Assembly (NCBI GenBank): GCA_024679065.1
Contig: JAGIQG010000011.1
Coordinates: 8,494,001 to 8,558,000, forward strand
Reading direction: 5' to 3'
Length of the DNA stretch: 64,000 nt
Source: Sphyrna mokarran
Taxonomy: Eukaryota
This document shows, piece after piece, positions 39,270 through 52,483 of the stretch (positions within the stretch are counted from its first letter, which is position 1; every line of letters starts with the position of its first letter). Under the pieces are notes generated by a model, which saw nothing but the letters and a program-made list of their open reading frames with translations, was not told the origin of the DNA and did not search any database. The translations under genes were made by a program, and so were the position numbers.

Positions 39270-39507
39270 TAACAATAACAAAATAACAATTTGCATTAAA
39301 GTAGTGCCTTTAGCACAGTGAAACATCTCACCACATTTCACAGGAATAATTATCAAAACAATTTTGACACTGGAATGCATAATAAGATATGCTGACCAAA
39401 AATGTTGTCAATGCAATAGGTTTTAAATAGTATCTTAAAGAAAGGGTAAGAGGCCAACAATTGGAGAGATTTAGGGAGAGAATTCCAGAAATTTGAAGCT
39501 AAGCAAT
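39270..39507 (-). mobile_element. L2 LINE 3' end, continuing at about 44688-44830 beyond the Gypsy insertion
   Basis: aacaatttgcatt..ttagggagagaattccag..gcaat | gcaattgaa..ccagtggtggag..gggctggaggaagttacagagatag. Confidence 0.7.
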
Positions 39508-41677
39508 CTTTAAGGGGTGGAAGGAATATTTCTCAAGGGCCAGTTAATTGACAAGGATATGTGAATCATCCCAGCAGAAAGCTGAACCAATTGACAGGAG
39601 GGCATGTACCACAAGTAAAAGAGGGACTCACATTTGAAGCCAGGGATTCGAATACAGCAGTTGCATTATATTTCAGTCTGACTCCATATTATATATATTA
39701 TTCCCTATTTGGCAATAAAGCCAGTTGTTGATTTGAGCCACATCATGTCATCCACAATTTATTACACTGGCAATGAGGCATAACATCGAAGTCGTCGGGG
39801 ATCACAGTGTCCAGCGCAAGGAAGAGGAAACTTCAGCATCGAGAATATAAAGAAGTTAAGGTACACTTAGCAATGCCAATGATCGGAAAAGATCAAGCCA
39901 TTTGACCTCAAAGTAGACAATTGGGGTCAGTACAGAGAAAGGCTGTGTTATTTCTTCATAGCAAACGAAATAACCACTGAATGTTTTGCTTACAGTTTGT
40001 GGCCTACAGACTTAGTTTAGTGAGAACATTAACATCAACAGACACTCCAGGCACAAAAATCTTTAGAACAGATTGAGGAGCTTGTCAAAAATCATTATAA
40101 CCCCTGTCCCGCAATCGTGATGCTGGGATCTAAATTTTAGATGTCAATCTGTGAGCTGCGGAGTGGTGGGGGAAGTCAGTCGCAGGCTTCATGACAAGAC
40201 TTCAGGAACTGGCAGAAACCCTGTGAATTTGGCCCAGCATTAGCAAAAATATTAAGGGACAGAATGGTTTGTGGTATAAGCAGCTCAATAATACAAAATA
40301 AGTTATTGTGGGAGAACAAAATTATCTTGGGGAAAAAGCTGTAGAGTTGGCCAAAGCAACTGAATGTGCTGAGCAGGGCATAATGGAGTTGCAAGATTTG
40401 CAAGGTGTGCTGAACAAGGTAAATCATTTTTGATGGGAAAAGGCTGTGGTGTAAAACAGCTAAGAGCGGGCACAGCAGGATAGAAGTTCAACAGTGAGGG
40501 CTGAAGTGTGTTTACAATGTGGCGGAGAACAGTCCCAAGATATCTGTTAATGCAAAAATTATGAATGTTTCAGGTGTAATAGAAAAGGTTATTTAAAAGT
40601 TACTTAAAAGAGCGAAGTAACCAGTATAGTCAATACAAAAACAAAAGATAGTGACTATAAGCGTAACTCGCCTAAACAATTTGGATGAGGAGCCCAGCAA
40701 AGGACCTGAATCATTCACCCTAAGCCAGGTGCAGCTAAGCAAAATGCCCCCAGTAGAGATAACTTTGCTGATAATTGGCAATGAAAGTTGATAAAGAACA
40801 GTGGCTATAGTCATAGGGAAACAAGCATTTTCGTATCTTCAAAAAGGACTCCAACCATTAAGATTTAGTGAGTTAGGTGCCATTTTGCCCACATGTACCT
40901 GAGAGACACTTCAGACTTTAGGTGCCGCAACAGTAACCATGGCACATCCAGACAGCAAAGTTGCGGTCTTGGTAATCAAAGATCACAGACCTTGTTTAAT
41001 GGGCTGTGATTGATTAAAGCAAATGCAGCTAAGCTGGCTGGAAATATTAAACTTGAGGGCTGGAGGTGTCCAGGAGCAACTGTATAAATATTCAGAGGTC
41101 TTCCGAGCAGGGGAGCTAAAGCCAAAATCAATCTAAATCAGGAAGAGAAGCCTAAGTATTTTCAGGCCTACTGCTGCTTTATGCCCTTCATTAGAAGGTG
41201 GAAATCGAGCTCAGGAGGCTGGCAGATTTAGCCAGATCGTAAGGCCCGAACAATGCTTCGACTGGACTTCACCTGTGGTCCCCATTTTGAAACGGGATTG
41301 GAAACTAAGAATTTGCAGAATTAACTGTCAATAGAGGAGGACAGATAGATAGGTACCCCATATTCAGAATTAAAAATCTCTATGTTGAACTAGCAGGAGG
41401 TTTAAAATATATTGAATTGGTCCTCTGCCATGCCTATCAGCAGCTGGAGTTGGATAAGGATTCTCAAAGGCCGGTAACAAACAGCACGCATAATGCTTTG
41501 TACCTGTATACAAGATTGCCTTTTGGAGTCTCATCAGCCTTTGCCATTTCCCAGCAAATAATAGAGAAGCTCTTGCAAGGCATTCCCAATTAATGATTTA
41601 TCTGGATGATACACTAACCACTGGTACCTTGCCTGAAGAACACAGATCCAATTTAGAAGAAATATTGGGACAGTTTA

Positions 41678-42085
41678 GCTATGAAGAAAGGTTGGATAAA
41701 CTTGGTTTGTTCTCACTGGAATGAAAGAGTTCTACAAGATTATGAGTGGCATGGATAGAGTGAACAGAGTCAAATGCTCTTCCCTAGGGTAGAAAAGTTA
41801 GGTACTAGGGGACATAGGTTTAAGATGCATGGGGAAAAGTTTAGAGGAGATGTGTGAGACAAGTTTTTTTTTTACACAGAGGTCAGTGAATACCTGGATT
41901 AGTGGCGGGAGCAGGAACAATAGCGACATTTAAAGGGCAGCTAGACAAATGCATGAATAGGATGGCAATGGAAGGATACAGACTCCTTAAGTACATGCAG
42001 TTTAAATTAAGGCAAGCATCATGATCGGTGTAGGTTTGGAGAGCCGAAAGGCCTGTTCATGTGCTGTACTTTTCTTTGTTCTTTG
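41678..42085 (+). mobile_element. CR1 3' end nested in the Gypsy RT
   Basis: YEERLDKLGLFSLE..TRGHRFK; tail ttctttgttctttg. Confidence 0.88.
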
Positions 42086-43603
42086 CTTTTGTTCTCTAAA
42101 GAAGCCGGGGTTAGGCTGAAATGGAAGAAATGTACGTTTCAATCAGAAGAAGCTACCAACTTAGGATTCAGGGTCAATTCAAAAGGGCAACATCCTGTGA
42201 AAGGAAAGGTAAAAGCCATCAAGGATGTTCCACAGCCAATAGATGTATCTGAACTAAAATCATTTCTAGGGATGGTAAACTTTTATGGCAGATGTTTAAA
42301 AAATGTTTCACCCATCTTAGCCCCACTTCACCAACTGTTTAAAAAAACACCAAAGATGGAAATGAGGAGAAGAACAAAAGGAAACCTTCACAAAAATTAA
42401 ATAGGCTCTGCACCCGTCTGCCATGTTAGTGCATTTTAACCCAAACAAACCCTTAAATAATAACCTGCAATGATTTATCATATGGAATGAAAGCAGTTTT
42501 GTGCCTGGTAGTGCTGAAAGGCCCACTCCCTTCATTTCAAGAATGTTGTTCAACATGGAAACGAAATACTCTTAAATAGACAAAGAAAGCTTGCTGTCAT
42601 CTATGCAGTCAAGAAATTTCATTAGTATATTTATGGCCAACATTTTACCATAGTCTCATACTACAAGCCATTGTTAGAGCTTTTTGAGAAGATAAGTCAG
42701 TGCCATGAGTTGCCTCTGCAAGAGTGCAGAGATGGGTCTTTTGTTAGCAGCCTACAGTTCTTCATTTCAGTATCACCCTGGAACGTAGATATCACATGCA
42801 GATGTACTTAGTCAGTTGCCTACAGGTTCCTCAAGAGGTTATACTGGAACTGCATTTGGTAGAGACCTTGCCAGCCTGAACAAAACATACAGTTGTGAAG
42901 AGGAAGCTACCCTATATTGGTGAAAGTAAAAAGATGGTTATGTAAGGGTGACTGTATGTTCTATATTCTATGTATGAGTAGTCAGAGTTGTTAAGACCAT
43001 ATCAAAGCAAAAGGTCAAAAATAGCCTATGAAGACACTTAGCGGTGTGCAAGAGTTAGAGTCCGACTCCATGGAAGATGATTTCGGTTAACAAGAATAAC
43101 ACTACTCTTATTCAGGTTAAAGTAGAATGCAGCGTCAGCCAGGAGTTATGTGTGGTGGCTGGGCATTGACAAGCAAATAACAAGGATGGTTAGTAAATGT
43201 CCTGGTTGCAAAGCTCAACAGACTTTACTATCACTGACAAATTTGTATCCATGGAAACGGCCAGGAGATTATGTATGAGGCTATATATAAGTTTTGCTGG
43301 ATCATTTATAGGTCATCATTTTCTTACACTAGTAGATGCACATTCCGAGTGGTTGGATGTGCAAATGGACTGGCAGAGCATACGGTTTAAGTTGTCAATA
43401 AAAAAATCAAGTGAACAGGCCTCTTCCTTTCTGCATAGTTAGTTTACTATTATCATATAACACCACCCAAACACGTCAAGCCAACCGAGTTAGATGGGAC
43501 GTTGTTTAAGATCACAATTGGGTATGATATTCTAAATTTGGCAGGGAGGTGAAGGTTAGGCAAGCCTCTCAAAAGAAAGTCAAGAGTCAGGAACAAGTGA
43601 CAG

Positions 43604-43724
43604 TGGATGGAATTTTACAGCATGCCCGCCCGAGGTTTGTATTATCCCGCCGGAGGCCAATGGAGAATACCGTTCTCCGAGCCTCACTCAGAGCGGGGTG
43701 GGCATGCCGGTAAAATACCAGCCC
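43604..43724. mobile_element. About 120-bp Harbinger-type MITE nested in the Gypsy element
   Basis: ggatggaattttacagcatgcccgccc versus reverse complement ggctggtattttaccggcatgcccaccc. Confidence 0.8.
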
Positions 43725-44164
43725 ATGTGTTTTACGTGGAAGATGCAGTCTTGATTAGAAATTAGATAGTAGGCCCAGCATGGATGGTTTTTAAAATTGT
43801 GGAAAGAACATGACTAGTCTCCTCCATCATAGAAGTACATGGCTACAAGCTTAGGAAGCCTTTGGACCATCAAAGGAGAACATGGGATTCTCCCATGGGA
43901 TGGTAGTAATAGACATGGGATCTACAGACAACCTCTGCAGGTAGTTCTAGGATGGAAGCTGGTTACTGAGCTTTCAGTGAGAAAGTGGGACCGGAGCAAC
44001 CAATGGTTGTGGAGATTGAAGGGCCAGAAGCTGCTGAAGAGCCATTTGATCTCAGATTAATGAGTCTGCGTTTTTCTTTTGTCCAGTCCGGCCCTTGAAA
44101 TGTGAGCCTACCTCCCAACTGAGATGCTCTACCCGAGCTTGGAAACCTCCAGACCAATTAAAGT

Positions 44165-44300
44165 CCACTGAGATGCATAGGTTAGAGGGATTATTGGTAA
44201 AGTATGTAGGGATATGGGGGTAGGGCCAGGGTGGGATTGTGTTCGGTGCAGATTTGATAGGCCAAAGGGCCTCCTTCTGCACTGTAGGGTTCTATGATTA
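44165..44300 (+). mobile_element. HE1 SINE 3' half
   Basis: gggtgggattgtgttcggtgcagatttgataggccaaagggcctccttctgcactgtagggttctatgatt. Confidence 0.8.
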
Positions 44301-46769
44301 AATCTTTGATGAATTTTCAGTGGTTTTTCCTGATACCTTTTTTACATCAGAGCTTGTTGTGCATCTTACAAAGTCTGTTCTTTCCTTCTCCTTCGAAATA
44401 TTTGGGATTTTAGGGGGAAGGAGTGTAGTAGCATAGCCCTTTAAGGGGGTCATTTCCTGAAGGTCATGTTATCGATAAGGTCCCAATGGATCCACCTGGT
44501 GAAAGCTGAGCTAATCAGCAGGCAGGCACCTACCATAGATTGAGGAGGGACTTGTAGTTAGAGCCAAGGAATCGAGTAAAGCAATTGTACTGCATTTTAG
44601 TCTGACTTTGTATATATATTATTCCATATTCAGCAAGAAAGCCTGTTGTTGACTCAAGCCACATCGAATTGCTCTGGATTTATTACAGCAATTGAAACTA
44701 TTGTTGCCAGTGGTGGAGTAATTAAATATGATTTCGAAAGAGGCCAGATTTACAGAAGTGGCTTGTAGGGCTGGAGGAAGTTACAGAGATAGAGTGGGAA
44801 GAGACCATGCAGTGGTTTGATAACGAGGCTAAATCAAGTAGACCATGAACAAAAGTTGCAGAGATAACAAAAGAGGATAATAATCATAATTTTTCTGAAC
44901 TCTAATTTTTCAAAAGGAGGTAGAAAGATTCTCCCAGCCCTCCCTGTGAAGAATCATCTGTCAGATTGTGCTGTTCTTAGTCAGCAGCTGAAGACACTTC
45001 ACCATCTGTCTTCCCTAAAATTTGGACTGATTGAAAAAAACCAGAGCTTTCCAATGCAATCCACCGTGTGTCATTTGGATTGAATCGGACAATCTGAGAA
45101 TTACCTGCAACATTTGAAAAGCTGTTGACAGCTCAGGAGCTGATACAAGCAGCCACCTGGTGTGGTAGCAGTCAGTTTTTATGCCAGGAATGTGTGGTGT
45201 GTAACGGATGTGTTATGGACACATGTTAGTTCAAGTCTTCTTCACTCTACACACCATCTGGCACTAGGCAATGTTTCATTTAACAATTTGGAAAAAGAAC
45301 AGCTGAACAGCTCAACAACAGATAGTATCAGGATGCTAGATTGCATGACTAAATTACCTGTCTGACACCGGTAAAGATGATACTATTCTGCTCCAGTTCA
45401 GAAAACTACAGAATCCCACACTTTATAATTTTCAATAAATATTTGCTTATTAAAATAATGAGAATCATAAGCAAAATAATTTTTGCGATGGAATGCAGTC
45501 CTGTATTACAGAGTACCCAATTTTTCCCACTTATCATGAAAAGATACTTCGACAGGAAAAGAGAGAACTCAGAGATTGTGTTAATCCATACTGCTCTCCT
45601 GTAACCTCCTCCCACCCCACCCCAAAAAGGTTCCATTGCACTGTTTTAGTAGTAAAGCACTTTATGCACATGCCTGCATCCTCATGGTCTCAGTGAGGTT
45701 TGCCTTCAAATATATCTTCTCACATTCTTGCACTTTAAGAGATTCACAAAGACAGTTGCTTATGCACACTCAGAACTGCACCTACAGATAATTTAAAAGT
45801 TATATTTGCATGTGAAGACACATGCTCATGTTAAGCTAACTAATTAACTAATCAGTGTAATATCAGAGATTTGGGATAGTACCTTTTCCAATGTGAAGTA
45901 ACCTCTGACAAGTCAGGAGTGTAGATTCAATAGATTCATTGCATGGAAAGTACCAAGATAATAAAGATTTGGCATGAACAATAAATCATTATGGTGCAGC
46001 TGTCTCTTGTATATATGGTATGATTTCAAGGGAAATGTGTAAGAGATATTTTAAACTTATCACTGCTGGAATCCTGGAAAAAAAACCTATTCCGGAAAGA
46101 CCAGCATAAAGTCTAGCACAAGGTTACAGGGGACATTTTAACATGGATTTAGGAGTAGATGGATGGAGGTGGGGGAGATAGTTAAAGTTGACAGCATGTT
46201 AACTCACCAACCTCTGGACTTCAATGAAGCCCATTCGCCTGCATGTATGCAATCCCTCAGGAGACCGTTGGCAATTAGTATATGTTAATTGCTCAATTAG
46301 AGAGCTATTGATACAGACTTTTCAGTTTAATTTATGACCACAGATTTCTGAGGCATCTTGATGCTTTCCAATGAAAACTAGGTGAGGGCTGGGATTTTCC
46401 ATCCCTGTTTTACTTGGGCAAGTTTGGCGATGGGAGCAGAAAACATTCTATTGTGGGACTTAGCCCAAGAGGTTTTTGAGCCTAAATCCCAAATGTTATG
46501 GTGGAGAAAGCTGCCATTGCTCCCAGGGGCTTCTATGCCGCTTTTCCTAGCCGCTATCCAATATTTCGCTTGAAAATGCCCTCAAAAATATCTTCTCACA
46601 TTCTTGCACTTTAAGAGATTCACAAAGGCAGTGACATTTTGGGTGTAACATTCCATCTCAGGGAGTTTGGCACACATATTCAGTATCCACAGCTGCTTTT
46701 ATCTGCGAACAGGAAAGTGTGTTCCCAGTACTTATACAGATGGTTTCCTTTAGCACATTTTGGAGGTTC

Positions 46770-46950
46770 ATCTTTCTCTGTGCTCACTGACCTACCTTAG
46801 CTCCCAGTAAAGTGACATTTCAATTTTAAAATTCTCACGCTTGTTTTCAAATCCTTCCATGGCTTCATTGCTTTTGATCTCCCCAACCTCCTCTAGCCTC
46901 ACAATGGCTGTATTCCCCTAATTCTGGTCTTTTGTGCATTCCCAATTCCA
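46770..46950 (+). mobile_element. L2 ORF2 C-terminal fragment
   Basis: VLTDLP*LPVK..FKILTLVFKS resembles the LHWLPV..FKIL motif. Confidence 0.7.
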
Positions 46951-46964
46951 CTGTGTTGTCATAA

Positions 46965-47053
46965 GAGCAAATTACAGCGGATGCTGGAAAATCTCAGCAG
47001 ATCTGAGAGCATCTGTGGAGAAAGAATAGACTTAATGTTTTGAGTTTGGATCC
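46965..47053 (-). mobile_element. Second Penelope-like family 3' end, truncated within a putative ribozyme region
   Basis: gatgctggaaaatctcagcagatctg..agcatctgtggag..aatgttttgag. Confidence 0.6.
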
Positions 47054-47146
47054 TGTAAAGCATCATGCAACATTTTGCTGCAGTAAATTTGATACATAAA
47101 TACAAGTTGTTGTTATTTCTTCTCCACTTTGGAGATTAGATCTATC

Positions 47147-47234
47147 AGCTGGGATTCTCCCAAAATAAACTAAGTGCCTAACGGGCAGGAAAATAGGGAG
47201 AATTTCCCATTTTTGGGCGGGGAGAATCCTGGCC
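47147..47234. mobile_element. 88-bp Harbinger-type mini-MITE
   Basis: agctgggattctccc / gggagaatcctggcc; atc on both flanks. Confidence 0.7.
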
Positions 47235-47759
47235 ATCATATCATGAAGAATGCAGTTTATGCTTCTATTAGATCATATTTCAGATGCAAACTAAAATGCA
47301 TCAACTGCAGCAGCTGATACTCAAGCCTTCAGCTGCATTGGAGGGAAGCAGCAGAAGCTTCAGCTTGTATGGTGCTATACGTGGCATATACTGTCTACAG
47401 ACAGAGAGAGTATCAGCTTCCTTGATATGCCCAAATAACCATGTCCCAGAAGGCTTTCTTTCTCATGTCACATCAGGCGATGGCAGATATCAGAAACCTG
47501 TCAGAAGAAGATCTACTGACAACTGGATCTGTTGGCCATGCTTTACGAAAATTTGCCAAAGTCACCATTTCCTCAACTCTATAGCCTCCAAAATCTCCCA
47601 AGGCTTATCCAAAGACGTTTGGAGATATTGCAGTTGGCATCACTCAAATTCAAGAGATATGTCAGATGGTTTCTTTGCCAGGTCTGCCAATTATGTCAAC
47701 TTTGTGGTGATGTCAGGAGGCAGGATTCCTGTGACAAGTGGGCATTAACCTATGCAGAA

Positions 47760-48019
47760 TTGTGTTTATTTGGAGGGTTTTGTGCATGGAATGTTGGCTT
47801 TTGTTGTATTTCTTGTTTATGGTTGTTAGAGGTTTTTGCAGGTTATCTTGCTTTTCATGTCAACAATATTCTGGATTAAACTTTGTTTTTGATATAATTT
47901 CCTTGAATCACACCTGAAGTGAAATCTCTCATGCTCATCCTAGCCAAATTCAATGTAAAATTTTATACATCAGGCAAACTTCATAGAATATCTTGAAGCA
48001 TCTAACCCAACTTGTAACA
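47760..48019 (+). repeat. Partial solo LTR of the Gmr1-like family
   Basis: Aligns to the reverse complement of about 12292-12600 (aaactttgtt..gaatca.acctgaagtgaaa..tagccaaattcaa..taaca). Confidence 0.8.
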
Positions 48020-49984
48020 ATACCCATTTAAAACTTGGCTGACGACACTGCTCAAAAACTCAAAGAATGATGCCAAAGAGCATTCCTGTCAATGTCATAT
48101 GACCATCAGATGTGATATTGAGCAAACAATAGGCATGTTGAAAATGAGCGTCAGCCTGGACAGAGCTGGAGGTATGGTATGCTGCAGCTAGAGTTTCCAG
48201 AATGGTCATAGTGTGCTGTACTCTGCACAACATTGTGCAGCAATAGGAGAAGAAAGACACAGAACATCAATCCTCTCTGGAGGATTCTGAGGAGGAGGAG
48301 GAAAATGAAATGGAGGAAGGTGATGAAGGAACTCTCCTACAAGCTATATATAATGATACCGGGGATGTCCTGACTATTGCAAGATTCAAATAAGTTCTAC
48401 ATGTGGAACTACTTCACAGCTACATGAGCATCACAGCTAGCCCCAGCCCATGCCAAAAAACATAAAGTAGTCCTCCAAAAACCAGTCATTCCTTTCACAG
48501 CAACATATTGGTCACCATCCATTATGTCTTACCATTCATCATCAAGCAACTTAAAAGCCCACTTGCCAGCCAGCAAGCACAAATGAGCAAGGCAGAAAAA
48601 TGTTGAAGACTGACTGAAAAGGCATTGGAAGTAGCTGGTTGAGAAGAGGACCCAAAGAAAACAAAAACCAGTGATTTATGCATCTTTTTAAGCCCACTGT
48701 ATTCCTCTGCAGCGAATGCACAGAGACTGTCATAAGGATCATTTAGTGCATCTCATGCATATTTATACTTCAGTATACTCCCATTCTGACCTGGATATAG
48801 GGATAGATCATTCTTCCCCCTCTGCTGTTGTGATGACAGGACTGTTGGAAACCAACTATCACATTCCTGTCCCTGTCCTTTCAGCTGTTATCTAATCCAG
48901 TAGAGACAGGTGTTAAATCTGGCATCTTCCTGACTACATCACCCACACTTTGATCAAGCTTCGCTATTAGGTGAGCTTCAAGTACTTGTTCTTGCACCAA
49001 CCAAAATATTTGATGCAACACTTCCACTCATGGGTGCCAACGATAAGAGTTCAGCCTTGATTCAGAGTATTTCTCTTGATTCTGAATCACTAGTAGCTGC
49101 CATGAGTCAAACTTTAAAAAATGTGAGTATAGCAAGGTTTTCAGTTAATGTGCGCCTTCCAGGAGTATAAGTATGTACGAGATGCACTGAATGATCCTTA
49201 TGACAGTCTGAATATTTTGCACAGCTGAGCAATAAATAGGGAACAAGTCAAAAGGCTAACTTTGCAGAATATACTAAAACCTTGTCAATTGATGTTTCTT
49301 TGTTAGATTCCGCAGCCATTCTTAATCATAAGGGTTTACCACAACTGTGGGGTCTTAATAGGATGGATGTGGAAACATTCGGCGCTATTGTCCCAAAAGA
49401 AGTGGCGGGAAAACTAATCTAAATCCGACTGTTCTGACAGTTCAGCTTCTCACCCAAATCTTCGCATTCTGTCGAGGGCCCTGTCGTGAATATCATTAAA
49501 TGCTCAAGGATGGGGCTAAAGACCTGAAATCAGCAGGATAAGGGGAACCTACACATGTACACATCATTGGGAGATCGGGGAAAACTCCCAGAATCCAGAT
49601 CACAGAAAACTCCCAGAATCCTTTCAACATTCACAGACATCGCTGGCCTCATTGTGGACTCCCACAAACCCCCCATATACATCGATGGTCCCCACAACCC
49701 TCCCACACACATTGCTGGCCTCATTGCTGCCCACACACAATGCCACAGAGATATTGCTGGCCCCCAAAACCTCCACACACATATCACTGGCCTCATCGCT
49801 GATCACTCTCGCTCCCATCTCCCCCCACACACAAACATGGTTGCCTGCTCATCTCATGCCCCCATGAATCCGAATAATGCGGGAATGCAATCTCTTCATC
49901 CCTTGAATGTACTGCCCTAACTGCTACCTGCAGACAACGAGCATTGTGCAGGGCCCCAACCCAAGGAGTGCATCTGCTACGGCA

Positions 49985-51834
49985 TTGTGGGAGGAGGAGG
50001 CAGAAGTGGTGAATGCCAGAAGCCTGACACCATGTTTTGGCAGGCAATGTCACAAAGAAATATATGATCTTCAGTGAGCAGCAAGGTGAGTGAGCATCCC
50101 TCTTGAAACTGCACTCATGTTTGGTACAAATCTCCAACCCCACTTAGACACCTGAAGGACATGCAACAAGTGACCCTTCCTCCAGGAACAGAGTCTCACC
50201 CTCAACGAGCATCTTCCAGCGGTGATCACTTTCCCTGAAACTGTCAGCATATTGCCCAAGACACAGGCATGCACTACGCACCATGGACTCCAACATATTA
50301 ATGTTTGTTATCCACTTATGTTCCAACAGGAAAAGAATATCCACTATACACAGGAGATGACAAAGACTGGTGGTGGTTTGCCTGACCTTTGGCAGCTGAC
50401 CAGCATGGAGGAGCATGCCATGGAACTGCAGGGTGTGATAGACGATGCCAAATGGTCACTGAAAGTCAGATCAGTGTCCAGCATGCAAGTGAGCAGAAGC
50501 GCATCCTTAACCTCCTCGAAGTAAATGCGATGCTGCATGGAACATTTTGCCTCTCTCCCTCTAATGTGTGTTCTTTATTGCAGCTCTGCAATAAACCAGA
50601 GGAGCCTAGTTCTTCAGATGTTGGAGCAAACTGCCCATGACCCCTTGGAGGACACCTTGAAGGGGGGCACTGAGGAATCCTCTAAGATCAGCACCACTGA
50701 AGCGGCACCAGCACGTACCACACAACCCACAGAGACAATCACCATGATGGGTACTTTTAGTGTTGAGGCTTCTGGTCACGAATTGATAAGCACATCACAG
50801 CCGCTGATACACATCGGGTCAACGTGGGCACATCCAAGAGTTCAGGCACACAGAGGTCTGCAGCAAGCCAAGATTCAGCTGTCACCATGTCAGCTGCTGG
50901 GCCTCTGGGTTTGTTCCTTCCAAGGTTGATGGAAATGCGGGGAGTTGTGGAAGGACTGTCAGCAACCATGCTGTGATTGCAAGGCTGTTTAGGGGAGTCA
51001 GAGTGCTGTAGCAGGAGATGGTGCTGACACAGCGTGAGATCCAGGCCGACATTGCAAAGGCAGCCGCAGTGGAAAGTCTGGTTCAGAGATCTGTCCTCAT
51101 GGGTGACAGGGTCCAGGCCATCCTGAAGACACTACGGGCCACGAGCGAGCATGTTTCCGGCATCCAGGAGGCACAGCGTTCCATGGCCATGGGTGTTGGG
51201 GGCATTTTGTTGACACTGCTGGCCATGGCTGGCTCTGTCACTGGCATTCTGGAGACACAGCAGGCTGTGGCTGTGAGTCTCAACAGCTTAACGCAGGCTC
51301 AGAGGGCTATTGCTGAAAGGCTCCAGAGGCTGGCTTGTTCACAGAATGCTGTAGTGGAATGGCCCCAGCTTTTGCCTGAGTCTCAGGGCCACGGCTGAGG
51401 GATCAAGATCGTGGAGCAAATGCGCCTGGGTCTCCTGGACAGGCAGAGCCAGGTGACGCCAGAGGGAGCTTCTGGAACTCAGTTCAACTACCCTAGCATG
51501 CCGTGGAGTGCCCCTGGTGCCTCTGGACACCCCAGGAGAGGAGGAAGAGCTTAAGGCCATGCCAGACTCTTCCACCTAGGAGATCCCAAATGTCCAGAGA
51601 CCTTCCGATTCGCCCCTTCCTCATACTGGGCCCAGCAAGGTGACCAGGGTGGCACCGAAACGCTGTCATCTGCAAGTCAGCTGGGGCTCTCCAGATCCAG
51701 GCCACCCAGGGGACGTCCGCCAAAGGCATTACAACAATAGAGCATATGTCACAGCGGGACACCTCCACATCGATATGCATCCTGGGGTAGCACCTAAACA
51801 AAGCTGTAGACAGCACCAAGTTAGAAAATTGTAG
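49985..51834 (+). pseudogene. Harbinger Myb/SANT (trihelix) DNA-binding gene, spliced, disrupted
   Basis: LWEEEAEVVNARSLTPCFGRQCHKEIYDL|gtgagt; cag|EKNIHYTQEMTKTGGGLPDLWQLTSMEE; coiled-coil-like 51018-51398; aataaa near 51886. Confidence 0.82.
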
Positions 51835-52483
51835 TTCACTAGAGGGCAGTGGTTAGAGTTTGGTAATTATGTATGTTAAGAGCACAATAAACTATTAATT
51901 GTACATCATGCTGTGACAAATGTGTCTCTGATCCACTTGCCCTTCCCCCCCACAGCTCAGTGTTCCTGAATCCCATGTATACAGGTGCTGTCTGTTGTGC
52001 CTTGCAAACTCAGCCATATGTTTCAGAGTGCTGCCCTACCTTCCCCAACATCCACCAGACCTTTGGTGCAAGTCCCCCCCCTCCCCAATCCATCCACTCC
52101 ACTTTCCTCCACTCCCTCCTCTCTTGGCCAATAGACACGTGTCCCCAACCCTTACAGCTACGTGGGCCAGGGTGGCAGTATGTATTCAGATTACAGATAG
52201 GAGTCAGACTTGAGTAGCACCAGGGGCAAGATCCCACTGCGCACACCAGTGAATCATTATCATCCCCCAGCCTTCAACCAAGACTCACAACCATTGCCAA
52301 CCTAGGCACATTAATAGGGTTGGATGTTTTTGGGAGAAAGGTTGGTGGGATGACAGGAGCAGAGGAAGGGTGATGTGGTGGTTTGAGGGTACAGGTTGAT
52401 TTGGAGGAGGAATAGCAGCTGCACTTGCCCCTAGGATGTGGTAGATGTAGGTTGGTTGCACCCGCTTCACTGCACTGCACTAG

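Larger units (their letters stand above)
39508..44687 (+). mobile_element. Mag-type Ty3/Gypsy LTR retrotransposon, full extent, heavily decayed
   Basis: LTRs 39508-39766 and 44424-44687; PBS tggcaatgagg; PPT agggggaaggag; TSD GCAAT; two Zn-knuckle remnants near 40507-40595; RT (RLPFGVSSA, IYLDD near 41600; ELKSFLGMVNFYG); RH; INT (RSYVWW, LVDAHSEW). Confidence 0.92.
46386..48393 (+). mobile_element. Fragmented Harbinger element (left end, transposase N- and C-terminal remnants) with nested insertions
   Basis: TIR-like gggctgggattttcc; SFLDM near 47415; YPFKTWLTT..IEQTIGMLKM..VCCTLHN..IARF at 48021-48393. Confidence 0.7.

Noticed and set aside
49530-49920. Overlapping ORFs on both strands
   Set aside because: Arise from Harbinger subterminal tandem repeats
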